A DNA stretch of 64,000 bases from Basidiobolus meristosporus CBS 931.73 (GCA_002104905.1 MCFE01000374.1:20824-84823), one strand, 5' to 3'. Positions 13,109 through 24,781 are shown, numbered from the stretch's first letter. Numbers and translations are program-made. Notes: a model not told the origin generated them from the sequence alone.

Positions 13109-14807
13109 CTACTCCATCTTGGACATCATCTCGAAGATCTCGACGTTCCGCAAATGTCGGGCCATAAACCTCATGAATTCAACGGTGTTGTTTTCGGGAC
13201 TCATATGCTTGTCCAGAAAGATGACCGCCAGAGTAATCTGAGCGTCAGCTCGGATTAGGTAATAGGTGCTGCCGACCTTTTTGTCGTAAAAGTGAACGTA
13301 TGTGGTCCGAATACTTGACAGGGAGATATCGTTTGTTTGCATGATTGAGATCAAATTCGGCCAGTGTTCGTAGGGGGGATTCTTTGGTACACAAAGGTTA
13401 CAAAGCTGAATAACTCTAATCAAAACAAATGATAGTGTTACCTCTGGATAGCTATAAATGCATGGGAAAGACATCAGTCCAGACGGTGCCTCATATTTCC
13501 CGGTTAAGAAAACATGGCCCTTCTTGTGAAATGGCTTATCCGGAGTTACCTCGTATATCAGTGATATACTATGGGCGCCTGAGCGTTTCCGAAAATTTCG
13601 GATTCTGGAGAGTGTAGAATGGTGAGGGGGATGTAAAATCTGAGCGAGTAACAAACAGACTTACAACGTAGAGTAGTCAGGCTCAACCCGTTTCCAGAGC
13701 GTCTTCAGTTCTCCCCCAATCGATCGCTCTTTTTCCAATAAGGTCTCCTGAAAATAGAGGGTCATTTTCGACATCAGACCATTGATGAATTGCGTGGTCC
13801 AACTCAAATTGTTGGGTAGTATCGGGGTATTTCGAAATGGACGGGTGTTTCTCTAAGAACAAAAGGTTATTTGGAGATACATGAACTGATCGGGCCATGA
13901 ACCCCTACATCTTGAGCCTCTGAAAGTGAGCACGCCTTTTTCCACTCAAAAAGCTCGTTTTTGGCAAGGTACAAGTTTACAGTCGACTTCTTGAAGTTGT
14001 ATTCTCCTAGGGCAATCTGCGTACTGAATATATGATATAGTACATCAAGTTCTTTCCTAGTGTTGATGCCAAATTGAGTATGGTTCAAATCTCTTCAAGA
14101 TTCATATCGTAGCTGATAATATCTTACTTGAGCACATATGATAGTAGCCCAAGGCTCTCTCCTAAAGGCATTTGCTGCAGTCTAGTTTGTATGTTGGAGA
14201 TTTTGTCGCGAACTGCCTCATATTTCGTTCCTACAGACTCTCCGGATAAACTGCGATAGCTGGGAATAAGAATAACTTAGCACGATATCCGCCACCAAAA
14301 GATACAGCCAACGAGGCATACATGTTGATCTGCTCCTGACGTATGATGGCCAAGTCATTCAAGGCTCTGCAGAGCTGGTTCAAAAATGCAGAGGCAGCAG
14401 ATTCCACGGGCGTAGGACTTCCACCTGAAAATAATACTTTCGCTTCTTTTATGGCGTCGTTACCAATGGTAGCGTACAAAATATTCAAAAACTAAAACAA
14501 CAGTGTCTTCGAGTTAGGGATTTTTCGAAACGATAGGAACTTGTTGAAAGATTACGTTTTCTCTCCGAAAGAATTTAGGCTTTAAGAAAGCAAGGCTAGT
14601 ATATAGTGCTTCACAAGTTGCCAGCCGTGTTAGTATAGTTCCTACAGAGGGCGATAGCTAACAATTCGGCAAACCAAATAAATTATCGACTCAGGTATCG
14701 AGAGGCTCAGGTATACATACCTTGTGAAGTTTTGAAGAAAACCGGTTAGCCTTGAAGTATTCGAAACCACCGAGAGCGTTCAGGTAGTCTTTACATGCGG
14801 CTTCCAT
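13109..14807 (-). CDS. KICS2: KICSTOR subunit 2 (C12orf66/DUF2003)-like protein, spliced
   Basis: N-terminus MEAACKDYLNALGGFEYFKA...LATCEALYTSLAFL..KFFRREN; C-terminus HWPNLISIMQ...YVHFYDKKVGSTYYLIRADAQITLAVIF. Both match my recollection of human C12orf66 (HLGIFSYDKA; LAAAEKVYHSL; HWPNVIMIM...[27 protein letters not shown]). Confidence 0.85.
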
Positions 14808-15092
14808 AGCATACAATCACAAATCAAGATATGCTGGAAATTTTGAGTACTTGTCACTGTGAATTTTTTCCGGTATACCCGAAATCTTGTATTTAAATTT
14901 CCACCCTTAGAAGAAGGCCGATGATTACCGAAAATCGGCCCAGCCGAAAATGAAGTCGATTCAAGTTTGGCTTTGTTGTTTGTTTATACTTGAATAGACT
15001 AAAGGGACAGGGTTGGGTAGGACCGGTGTTTGCTCCTCTCCTTTAAATCAATTCACACTTAGTTTGTCTCATATACCTTTTTTCCTACTGAG

Positions 15093-15789
15093 ATGGAAGA
15101 ACCACGTGCGCTTATCAAGCAAACCATTGATACTTTCCAACCTTCGGGGGACCTAGACGTTATTCGGTACGTCAACAAATTACTTACCCAAACTGAAGAG
15201 CTAAGGCAAAAACATGCGAACGAGTGCAAAGACATCAACAAAAGTAAGTAAACCGTGTAAGAAACTGCACACACGAGCAACCTACTAACACGAACTGTTT
15301 TAGCACTTGAGAACGAGCTTGAGCTGGCCAAATCAAGCACCACTAGTTACAAATCCCTTGCTAATGACTTGAAGGGAGAAAACGTCCATAATCTTGAGCG
15401 TGAAAAACTCTTCTTATCAAAGCAGCTCCAGGATTCTGAAACCAAACTTGGCTCCTTGAAGACCGAGCTCGAGCAACTGGAATCCGAATTGGCTGAACTA
15501 ACCAGCCTTCCTGTTGAGGATGAGCTAGCTCCTGACCAGACAATGTAATCCCGCGATTTCTACTCAAGTGTGCTTGACCATTTCTAACCTCATGCCTTTT
15601 TTAATTCCCTGCAGTTTGAAACTCCAAATCTACCGCTCTTTGGGTGTTGATGTTATCCCAGACGAACTCGGGAATCTGAACAAGATTCGGGTTCGCTCGA
15701 CCGAAAAGAATGATATTCATACATTGTCGTTGGATGAGAATAGCTCCAAATACTCCCAAGTCAACCATTTGTGGGATCTATGCTCTTGA
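15093..15789 (+). CDS. SPC24: Kinetochore Ndc80-complex subunit Spc24, 2 introns
   Basis: MEEPRALIKQTIDTF, a coiled coil, then LKLQIYRSLGVDV...DIHTLSLD...NHLWDLCS (Spc24 RWD tail). Confidence 0.85.
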
Positions 15790-15969
15790 ATCCCAGTTTT
15801 CTATGTAAATAAGTGTTTCCTCAACCGCTGTGGCAGACTATCGCTTGCAATGTTCCGTTAGATTTACCTTCCGAGATGCGTAAATTGTGAAGAATGTAAA
15901 ATGGTCGTAAACCATTCAATAAAGTGGTTTTATTAAATCATTGTTTCTAATGCTCTAAATGCTACAATA

Positions 15970-17611
15970 CTATTGGACGTGCTCAAACGGCTTGACATCA
16001 ATCCCAAGGAGGCTGTACATGGATCGAACCTTCTCTTCCATCTTCCCGTAATCTCCAATGAATGTAATGACTTTGCCACGCTTCCCCATTCTGCCTGATC
16101 TACCGGCCATATGGAGATAACTGGTTGGGGATGAGGGTAGTCCAACGATGAATACATGGCTCAGATCGGGGATGTCGATGCCTCTGGCCACATGCTCTGT
16201 CGCGATGTAGATACGCTGCTCTTTGGATCCCAAGTTGGATTTGTGGTAGCGTTGTGAAAGCTCGGTGGGGCTTATCCCGTATTCTTCCAGGCGGAAGATG
16301 AAGTCCGATATGCTTGTGCCGGAGGGAACAAAAATAACCGCTGATTGGACATCCTCGGCCTGGCAGGCCGCGGCAACACTCTCCAGCATGACATCGTCGC
16401 TATCCGAGAATGGCTCCACTTTCTCAACATTCTCTTCATATCGATTACTAACCATCTCAGGATCGGGCGTGAGCTCTATGTTACGAATCAATTCCTGATT
16501 GACCATGAGGCAGTGGTGCACGATCTTGGCCGGTGGTGCCGTGCCCTTGGTAGCGTCAATAAATACTGCGTCTCCGATCCATCCTTTACCAAGCAAGAAA
16601 TGACGCAGTGGGCGATTGATGGTGGCCGAGGAGGCAATGAATTGGGGTTTTGCACCTGACTTGGTGGCACTCTTGAAGATTAGGTCAGCCAGCAGTTGAG
16701 CGGGTTTTGGATGCTTCTCACGGATGTATATTTCCCGAGTTGACGCGTAACGCTTGGGAAGTCTCAACATATGATCGGCCTCATCCATCATTAACAGCTC
16801 AAGTTGAGACAGGTCCAACTGGTTGGATTCGACAAGTTCCAGTAATCTACCGGGAGTACCAACAACGATCTGTGGAATATTATCTTGTAACCTTTTCACC
16901 TGGGATTCGAGCTGTGATTTATCTGTGATCAGGACTTGGAGCAAAGGGTCAAGATTGGTTACTATATCGGCGGGAACCAGTTCCCTTGTCCACAGTAAGA
17001 TCTGATTAGCCAATTCGATACTAGGCACCACCACCACACACTTGACCGCCTTGGCGGGTTGGGTCAGATTGATATATGGCAAGCTGAGTATGCTTACGAC
17101 CGTCCCAAACGTTTTTCCTGACCCGGTTTGATCTCTTAATAATATATCTTGTCCCTTCAAAATAGTTGGCGTTAAGACTTTTTGTACAGCGGTCGGGGTA
17201 TGAATGTCGAAATTTTCTTTGAGAGACTGGCACAGAAGCGGTTTGACTCCAAGATCCTATGTTACCAAGCAGGGCGAGTTAAGGGTCAATGTTGCGAATG
17301 GAGAAGGGTTGAAGCAAAGATACCTTGAAGCTGGTGATCTTACGAGTGGAGGGGGTGCTTACCCATCTAGCCTGTTTACCTCCTACACTGTAGAAAAGTT
17401 TAGCTTGGCGATAGCGTACATCCCGAGGTAAATCGACTTACGAGAATGCCAAATTTCTAGCTGGAAGTGCTCTGCTAGTTTGAATGGAAGTCACTAGGCA
17501 TGACTTGTAACCGGCTGTTGCTGTGTGTAGCTTGCTCAACGAACCTGCAGCAGAGTATAAGCCAAGTCTATTCCGATTCAAGCTTATAGCCCTTCTAGCA
17601 AACGAAAGCAT
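15970..17611 (-). CDS. DEAD-box RNA helicase with probable mitochondrial presequence
   Basis: QTGSGKT, GTPGRL, DEAD, SAT, ARGIDIP, HMAGRSGRMG. First exon from ATG 17611 (MLSFARRAISLNRNRLGLYSAA...) is Arg/Ser-rich with no acidic residues; intron begins near 17448. Confidence 0.85.
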
Positions 17612-17852
17612 GATGATATGGTGTCAAGCCAGAGAAATTGGCTTAATTTAAAAAGAATAATTCAACAAAATTTTCAGGGACCAATCCTACGACTGGAGTC
17701 AATTTGTGACTTGAGAAAATGAACTACCTATCATTCGTCAACAAAATGCCCACCACTAGAGTTTATTATGCAATATACGAGTGATCCAATACAATATTTA
17801 AAAAATGTCAGCTAAAATAATAACGATATAACTATTAATATGGGTTAGAGCT

Positions 17853-20495
17853 TTAGATTCGTGGCTTTCTTTCAACGTCTGTACGGGCCTCATGAGAAGG
17901 CTGTAGGTTATACGCCTCAGAGCTCCACTTGGTAGGTTCAGATTTAGTATGTTGAGCAGGAAGCGGTTCAATTTTGGATTCAGTCTTTCTTCTTTCGGCT
18001 TCCTGAAGCGCTTGTTCAGTAGCAAGTGCTATCTTGTTATCAAGGTCAAGCAGCATCTCTGTCAGCTTCTTTGGGACCATCTGTTGGATGACTTTTTTCA
18101 CCTTCGAGTTGATGAATGGCGCGAGGAGTTTGTAGGTGGTGCTGTGTCTGGTCCCATGGATCTTCAGCTTCAGGTCATGCACCCGAGTATTGCAGTCTAA
18201 CACCTCATACAGATGCGCCTTCTTCCCTTTCTCTGGGCTCACATTGAGCAGCAGATCCAGCTCAATCCCCTCCTCTGGCATGTCCACATCCATGTACCCA
18301 ACATCGGTCATCTTGGGGAATGTCTTCTTGCGGTAGTAGAATGCCGCATCCCTCACCTTCACCTGGACATTGCTCAGCTTGATGTACACCTTGTTGCGGA
18401 GGTTCTGCTCTGCCTTGAGGTTGGTGTCCACCACCGTCTGGGTGTTGATGTGCACAAACTTGGGAAGGATGTTGCTGCACTGGATCACCACATTGTCCAA
18501 CACCACGTCCAGCTTCTCGTCCGACTGCTCAACTCGTGGCAGTGGGACGTAGTCCATCTTCTCAGCGATGATCGGAATCAACCTGGCAAAGTCCTTGACC
18601 AGGTCGTACTTGAATGTGGGCTTGCCAAATTCATCCATGAACAAGTCCTTTGTGAACGCCTCCAGATCCTGAACAAACCGCTTGCTCGTCTTGTCTTGCT
18701 TCAGAGCAGCATTGAAGTTGCTCAACTCATCGCTGATCTGTGCAACTAGCCCGCGATATCTGTTCTCCACGATGGAGTGGCCACGCTCCACAATTCGGTT
18801 GGCGTCATCGGTGTACCCCGGACGATCAACATAGTCGTACTCGCGGATAGAGCGGTGGACGAATGTCTTGATGTCGCGTAGGAGCTCCGCCAAGTCATGA
18901 TCTTGATTGGCTTTGTTAAGAAGCACCCTGACAGAGTCGAACAACGGGTCCAGCGACTTCTGCCCAGCAAAGTTCTCCACAAGCTCTTTCGCATTTGCTC
19001 TAGCAATCGACAGATCATCCTGAGCAACTTCGTGCTTGGCTGCGGTGGTCTCCTTGGCGGAGCTGGTCACATGACGGCCATGGTCCTTCAGCCCAGATAA
19101 GACTGAGAGAAGCTCGTCGACAGCCATCTGGAAGTCAGGATTGCCTTGGACCTCTCTGAAGATGGCCTTGACCCGCTGGATCAGGTGGGTGCGTTGATCT
19201 GGAGTCAGTCGCATGTCGGTGACCTTTTGCTGCAGCCCTGTTTGCACCTCCTTGGCTACCCCAACTGCAGCATCCAGCGGGGAGATCTCGCCTTGTTCAG
19301 CCTTGTGGACATACGGGAGAGCCGTCTCTTTGGCGTTGAAGTATACCGGGGCCATGGAGTCTTTCATAGTGTTCCTCAGTTGGTCCCTCGCCTCACCAGG
19401 CATCATCTCACGGTCCTCACCATGATGAACACTGTTCGGAACTCCTTGTGCTTGAGTGAGGTCGTGTGGGTGTGCATACGATTCAGCTCCATGTGGCCCT
19501 GTGGATGAGCCAATGACTGGCTGTTCCAGTTCGCCTCTGCCATAAGCACCCTCGGTCTGTGCGGTTTGTGCGAAGGGCACGCCATCAACGTCACTACCAA
19601 TTCCACTCTGATTGGTGCGGTGATGGTAGCCAGGCTGATCACTGGCAAGTGTATCTGGTGCGGAGGTTGGTGCGCCTGCAATCCCTTCTGACGGTTGAGC
19701 CATATGGTTGGCGAATCGTCCTCCCTCTGAATCTCCGTTGCGAGTGAAGCTGTCGCCAGTGTGGTTATTGATGTCGATGCCATTGTTGGCGCTAGCGTAG
19801 TTGTTAGGAGCTCCTACTGGGACCCTGGTCTGTTGGGCAGTTTGCATATCCGGATAGGTTGACTCACCAGTGTGTGGATCTACTGTTGTCTCTCCATTCT
19901 GTGCTGGATGTCCGGGAACATTGGAGGTGACTGTCTCTTGCAGGATGTTCGTCACGTCATTGATCAGTCGGCGGAACTGTGAGGAAGTGACCAGTAGCCA
20001 GGCTACCTTCGAGATGCTCTCCACCCCATCCGAAGCCAAATCCTTCGCCTCGCCAACTGTCCCGGAAAGCTCGCCCTTGGCCCCGGCGAGTTCATCCCCA
20101 TCCTTCATGGTGTTACCAGCCTTGCCGCTGTGGTAGATGATGTTCTGTAGCTGATCATTGTCATTCTTCTCGGCGAGTAGGATTTGGGCCGACTCAACAA
20201 GACGCTCCGCGTTGGCCATCATTCTCTTTCCCTCAGGGCTCATATCCGAGGCTATGTCATGGAAGTTGTTGTTCTCGGTTAGCTTCTCCAGGCCCTGGTT
20301 GATCTGATTGGTGGTTGGCAGTCTGCCTTCCTGGAGCGCCTTACCCACCTCCTGGAGATGTTCTTTTCTGCGAATGACCTTCTCCTGTTGGGTGCCCTGT
20401 TTCGGTGGCAAGCTCTCACCAGGAACCCCGATCTTTGTAGAGTCATTGATATGAGTTGAATGATCAGTGTTTGTGTTGGAGTTAGAAGGGCTCAT
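17853..20495 (-). CDS. HAM1-like (DUF5923/DUF4449, BPI/TULIP-like C-terminus) protein, copy A, intronless
   Basis: GRLPTTNQI..GL; IPLPRVE.SD..LD.VLDN; FYYRKKTFPKMTD.G..DV motifs of the fungal HAM1-like family. First ATG is 20495 (MSPSNSN). Confidence 0.8.
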   Translation of the reverse strand: MSPSNSNTNTDHSTHINDSTKIGVPGESLPPKQGTQQEKVIRRKEHLQEVGKALQEGRLPTTNQINQGLEKLTENNNFHDIASDMSPEGKRMMANAERLVESAQILLAEKNDNDQLQNIIYHSGKAGNTMKDGDELAGAKGELSGTVGEAKDLASDGVESISKVAWLLVTSSQFRRLINDVTNILQETVTSNVPGHPAQNGETTVDPHTGESTYPDMQTAQQTRVPVGAPNNYASANNGIDINNHTGDSFTRNGDSEGGRFANHMAQPSEGIAGAPTSAPDTLASDQPGYHHRTNQSGIGSDVDGVPFAQTAQTEGAYGRGELEQPVIGSSTGPHGAESYAHPHDLTQAQGVPNSVHHGEDREMMPGEARDQLRNTMKDSMAPVYFNAKETALPYVHKAEQGEISPLDAAVGVAKEVQTGLQQKVTDMRLTPDQRTHLIQRVKAIFREVQGNPDFQMAVDELLSVLSGLKDHGRHVTSSAKETTAAKHEVAQDDLSIARANAKELVENFAGQKSLDPLFDSVRVLLNKANQDHDLAELLRDIKTFVHRSIREYDYVDRPGYTDDANRIVERGHSIVENRYRGLVAQISDELSNFNAALKQDKTSKRFVQDLEAFTKDLFMDEFGKPTFKYDLVKDFARLIPIIAEKMDYVPLPRVEQSDEKLDVVLDNVVIQCSNILPKFVHINTQTVVDTNLKAEQNLRNKVYIKLSNVQVKVRDAAFYYRKKTFPKMTDVGYMDVDMPEEGIELDLLLNVSPEKGKKAHLYEVLDCNTRVHDLKLKIHGTRHSTTYKLLAPFINSKVKKVIQQMVPKKLTEMLLDLDNKIALATEQALQEAERRKTESKIEPLPAQHTKSEPTKWSSEAYNLQPSHEARTDVERKPRI

Positions 20496-23400
20496 ATTGA
20501 ACAGCACGATGAATTATCAGATTATTAACAAAGAATGTACAAAGTTGGAAAGTTTGAACTGTTCCCGAAGAACGCAACTTTTTTTATAAAGCGGAAGCCG
20601 GTATAGAGTGTGACAACAACCCGTTGAAAATAAATTGAAACGGTGACGTTGATGAGAGCATAGTGATTGATAGCATACCACTATTCTCGATCTAATAGAC
20701 CTTCATATCTCATTGCTATTGCCAGACGAACTTCAACCATAACAATCAATTGTAGTTGGTGATTTAATTCATCCCCATTTTTGGTATGGTCTGATGTTAG
20801 TATTACATAATACGCTAGACATTTATAATGAAATTGGCCATCATGACACCAAACTGAGTCGGAAATGGAGATACTTGCAACTTATTTTCATTAAGAGGTC
20901 CAACTATGGTTGGTTCAGTTTGACCAGAACTAACGACAAATCGGGGCGGAAATGGCAATGTTAATCACTGCTGAGCTAATTACTTTGGTGAAGGTTGAAA
21001 TCATCTTTTGCTCATCCACAAAGTCGACGTCATCTGGCCTGCTTTATGAATGAACCATGATAGAATCTATATAAACGCTGTGAGAAACTTGGGTTTCTCC
21101 AGAATCCGCTTTGTATATTCTTCGTTAATAATCTATTAATTCATAACATGAACCCTACTAACTCCAACACAAACACTGATCATTCAACTCATATCAATGA
21201 CTCTACAAAGATCGGGGTTCCTGGTGAGAGCTTGCCACCGAAACAGGGCACCCAACAGGAGAAGGTCATTCGCAGAAAAGAACATCTCCAGGAGGTGGGC
21301 AAGGCGCTCCAAGAAGGCAGACTGCCAACCACCAATCAGATCAACCAGGGCCTGGAGAAGCTAACTGAGAACAACAACTTCCATGACATAGCCTCGGATA
21401 TGAGCCCTGAGGGAAAGAGAATGATGGCCAACGCGGAGCGTCTTGTTGAGTCGGCCCAAATCCTACTCGCCGAGAAGAATGACAATGATCAGCTACAGAA
21501 CATCATCTACCACAGCGGCAAGGCTGGTAACACCATGAAGGATGGGGATGAGCTCGCCGGGGCCAAGGGTGAGCTTTCCGGGACAGTTGGCGAGGCGAAG
21601 GATTTGGCCTCGGATGGGGTGGAGAGCATCTCGAAGGTAGCCTGGCTACTGGTCACTTCCTCACAGTTCCGCCGACTGATCAATGACGTGACGAACATCC
21701 TGCAAGAGACAGTCACCTCCAATGTTCCCGGACATCCAGCACAGAATGGAGAGACAACAGTAGATCCACGCACTGGTGAGTCAACCTATCCGGATATGCA
21801 AACTGCCCAACAGACCAGGGTCCCAGTAGGAGCTCCTAACAACTACGCTAGCGCCAACAATGGCATCGACATCAATAACCACACTGGCGACAGCTTCACT
21901 CGCAACGGAGATTTAGAGGGAGGACGATTCGCCAATCATATGGCTCAACCGTCAGAAGGGATTGCGGGTGCAGCAACCTCCGCACCAGATACACTTGCCA
22001 GTGATCAGCCTGGCTACCATCACCGCACCAATCAGAGTGGAATTGGTAGTGACGTTGATGGCGTGCCCTTCGCACAAACCGCACAGACCGAGGGTGCTTA
22101 TGGCAGAGGCGAACTGGAACAGCCAGTCATTGGCTCATCCACAGGGCCACATGGAGCTGAATCGTACGCACACCCACACGACCTCACTCAAGCACAAGGA
22201 GTTCCGAACAGTGTTCATCATGGTGAGGACCGTGAGATGATGCCTGGTGAGGCGAGGGACCAACTGAGGAACACTATGAAAGACTCCATGGCCCCGGTAT
22301 ACTTCAACGCCAAAGAGACGGCTCTCCCGTATGTCCACAAGGCTGAACAAGGCGAGATCTCCCCGCTGGATGCTGCAGTTGGGGTAGCCAAGGAGGTGCA
22401 AACAGGGCTGCAGCAAAAGGTCACCGACATGCGACTGACTCCAGATCAACGCACCCACCTGATCCAGCGGGTCAAGGCCATCTTCAGAGAGGTCCAAGGC
22501 AATCCTGACTTCCAGATGGCTGTCGACGAGCTTCTCTCAGTCTTATCTGGGCTGAAGGACCATGGCCGTCATGTGACCAGCTCCGCCAAGGAGACCACCG
22601 CAGCCAAGCACGAAGTTGCTCAGGATGATCTGTCGATTGCCAGAGCAAATGCGAAAGAGCTTGTGGAGAACTTTGCTGGGCAGAAGTCGCTGGACCCGTT
22701 GTTCGACTCTGTCAGGGTGCTTCTTAACAAAGCCAATCAAGATCATGACTTGGCGGAGCTCCTACGCGACATCAAGACATTCGTCCACCGCTCTATCCGC
22801 GAGTACGACTATGTTGATCGTCCGGGGTACACCGATGACGCCAACCGAATTGTGGAGCGTGGCCACTCCATCGTGGAGAACAGATATCGCGGGCTAGTTG
22901 CACAGATCAGCGATGAGTTGAGCAACTTCAATGCTGCTCTGAAGCAAGACAAGACGAGCAAGCGGTTTGTTCAGGATCTGGAGGCGTTCACAAAGGACTT
23001 GTTCATGGATGAATTTGGCAAGCCCACATTCAAGTACGACCTGGTCAAGGACTTTGCCAGGTTGATTCCGATCATCGCTGAGAAGATGGACTACGTCCCA
23101 CTGCCACGAGTTGAGCAGTCGGACGAGAAGCTGGACGTGGTGTTGGACAATGTGGTGATCCAGTGCAGCAACATCCTTCCCAAGTTTGTGCACATCAACA
23201 CGCAGACGGTGGTGGACACCAACCTCAAGGCAGAGCAGAACCTCCGCAACAAGGTGTACATCAAGCTGAGCAATGTCCAGGTGAAGGTGAGGGATGCGGC
23301 ATTCTACTACCGCAAGAAGACATTCCCCAAGATGACCGATGTTGGGTACATGGATGTGGACATGCCAGAGGAGGGGATTGAGCTGGATCTGCTGCTCAAT

Positions 23401-23572
23401 GTGAGCCCAGAGAAAGGGAAGAAGGCGCATCTGTATGAGGTGTTAGACTGCAATACTCGGGTGCATGACCTGAAGCTGAAGATCCATGGGACCAGACACA
23501 GCACCACCTACAAACTCCTCGCGCCATTCATCAACTCGAAGGTGAAGAAAGTCATCCAACAGATGGTCCCAA
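18071..23572. repeat. Large inverted repeat: arms ~18071-20485 and ~21158-23572 (~2.4 kb, ~99% identical), spacer ~670 bp
   Basis: Direct comparison of the reverse complement; about 16 substitutions counted by eye. Confidence 0.97.
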
Positions 23573-23778
23573 TGAAGTTATCCGAAATGTTGGTTGATCT
23601 TGATGATAAAATTGCCTCGCAAACCGAAATCACGCTTGCAAAAGCATCCTTGAGAAAAGCCGAGATAGAGGAGGAGAAAAGAAGTTTAGATATGTCACAA
23701 GCCACGGCGACACCTGAAAAATGGGCTTCGGAGGCCTATGATCCTCGTTCGACTAGTAAAGACACGCCTGTGCAGTAA
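21148..23778 (+). CDS. HAM1-like protein, copy B, intronless
   Basis: 876-aa ORF, 3 aa different from copy A over the ~810-aa core; C-terminal ~65 aa diverged but alignable. Confidence 0.8.
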   Translation: MNPTNSNTNTDHSTHINDSTKIGVPGESLPPKQGTQQEKVIRRKEHLQEVGKALQEGRLPTTNQINQGLEKLTENNNFHDIASDMSPEGKRMMANAERLVESAQILLAEKNDNDQLQNIIYHSGKAGNTMKDGDELAGAKGELSGTVGEAKDLASDGVESISKVAWLLVTSSQFRRLINDVTNILQETVTSNVPGHPAQNGETTVDPRTGESTYPDMQTAQQTRVPVGAPNNYASANNGIDINNHTGDSFTRNGDLEGGRFANHMAQPSEGIAGAATSAPDTLASDQPGYHHRTNQSGIGSDVDGVPFAQTAQTEGAYGRGELEQPVIGSSTGPHGAESYAHPHDLTQAQGVPNSVHHGEDREMMPGEARDQLRNTMKDSMAPVYFNAKETALPYVHKAEQGEISPLDAAVGVAKEVQTGLQQKVTDMRLTPDQRTHLIQRVKAIFREVQGNPDFQMAVDELLSVLSGLKDHGRHVTSSAKETTAAKHEVAQDDLSIARANAKELVENFAGQKSLDPLFDSVRVLLNKANQDHDLAELLRDIKTFVHRSIREYDYVDRPGYTDDANRIVERGHSIVENRYRGLVAQISDELSNFNAALKQDKTSKRFVQDLEAFTKDLFMDEFGKPTFKYDLVKDFARLIPIIAEKMDYVPLPRVEQSDEKLDVVLDNVVIQCSNILPKFVHINTQTVVDTNLKAEQNLRNKVYIKLSNVQVKVRDAAFYYRKKTFPKMTDVGYMDVDMPEEGIELDLLLNVSPEKGKKAHLYEVLDCNTRVHDLKLKIHGTRHSTTYKLLAPFINSKVKKVIQQMVPMKLSEMLVDLDDKIASQTEITLAKASLRKAEIEEEKRSLDMSQATATPEKWASEAYDPRSTSKDTPVQ

Positions 23779-23842
23779 AGTGAGCATGCAAAACAATAAA
23801 ATCATAGCTAATAATATTCTCAATCAAATCCGATTTTATTCT

Positions 23843-24321
23843 TTACAAGTTATACTTTGGACGCCCGATTATTATGGGGACCATGTTGATTTTTTTGAAT
23901 TTTTCCACCCGTTTCTTGGTAGTCGTGTAAGTGGCGTTTCCATGGAATTTCAAGGAATATTTTCCCAATGGTATGGACCTAGGTATCATCCATTCTTGAT
24001 TAACCACCTTGTTCCAGTTGCCGGTTCTTCTTGAAGTAGAGGCCAACTTGTAGATCACTGTTCGATTGGTTTTGTCCAGGAGATCCACTCTAACGTAGTC
24101 CAAGTATGCAAGATCTTGTTGAAGCAACCGATACTTCAGCTGTACCCTCTGCCCACGAGCAAACTTGGCGTTTGGTTTGGGAGCCAGAACCTGAATTTGA
24201 TCTTTTAGGAATGATTAGTACGGCGTTATATGAATAGGTTTTCATCACACCAAAACCTACCTGCATGAATGAACCCAAACAACAACATGATACCAATTGG
24301 GAAATAACCAGATAAATACAT
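23843..24321 (-). CDS. Small secreted protein with Ig-like/Kre9-N-type domain, one intron
   Basis: ATG 24321 MYLSGYFPIGIMLLFGFIHA|D (signal peptide), GT-AG intron ~24203-24260 with ACTAAT branch point, then QIQVLAPKPNAKFARGQRVQLKY...WMIPRSIPLGKYSLKFHG, joining ORF 23843..24127. Confidence 0.7.
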
Positions 24322-24781
24322 TAGAAGTGGGTTAAATTAAAGGAAAGCCAAAAGAAAACGAGATGAAGGGGTTAAGTTTTTCAACTAACCAGTCCTCCCA
24401 GGAGATCCCCATTCATTATATATTCCTGCTGTCAATCGACCCACAACACAACAAAAACATAGGAAAACAGAAGAGTGCACTGATGGACATTTATATCGAT
24501 GTTTCATCCATCACGGAATTCCAGCAACTCGAGCCAGTTATTTCTTGAACCTGATCAGGCGCTTCTTTGTTCTAATTGTTATGGAAGCTAATCCCTCTTC
24601 AATCACGCTCATGAAGGTATGAAGGAAAATCGATCATCAACGCGAATACCTTGAAAGAGGTGAATGTTTTGAAGTGATTCATCGAAGTGGCTTTAATCTA
24701 TCCATGTCTATATAACCAATCCATCACCGCTCTTGGGACTTTATAGAGTGTCTCCTACTCTATTGGCACCTACTCTTCGAA

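Noticed and set aside
17949-23507. Many mirrored 60-180-aa ORFs
   Set aside because: Alternative-frame or antisense ORFs of the GC-rich HAM1-like genes; duplicated only because of the palindrome.
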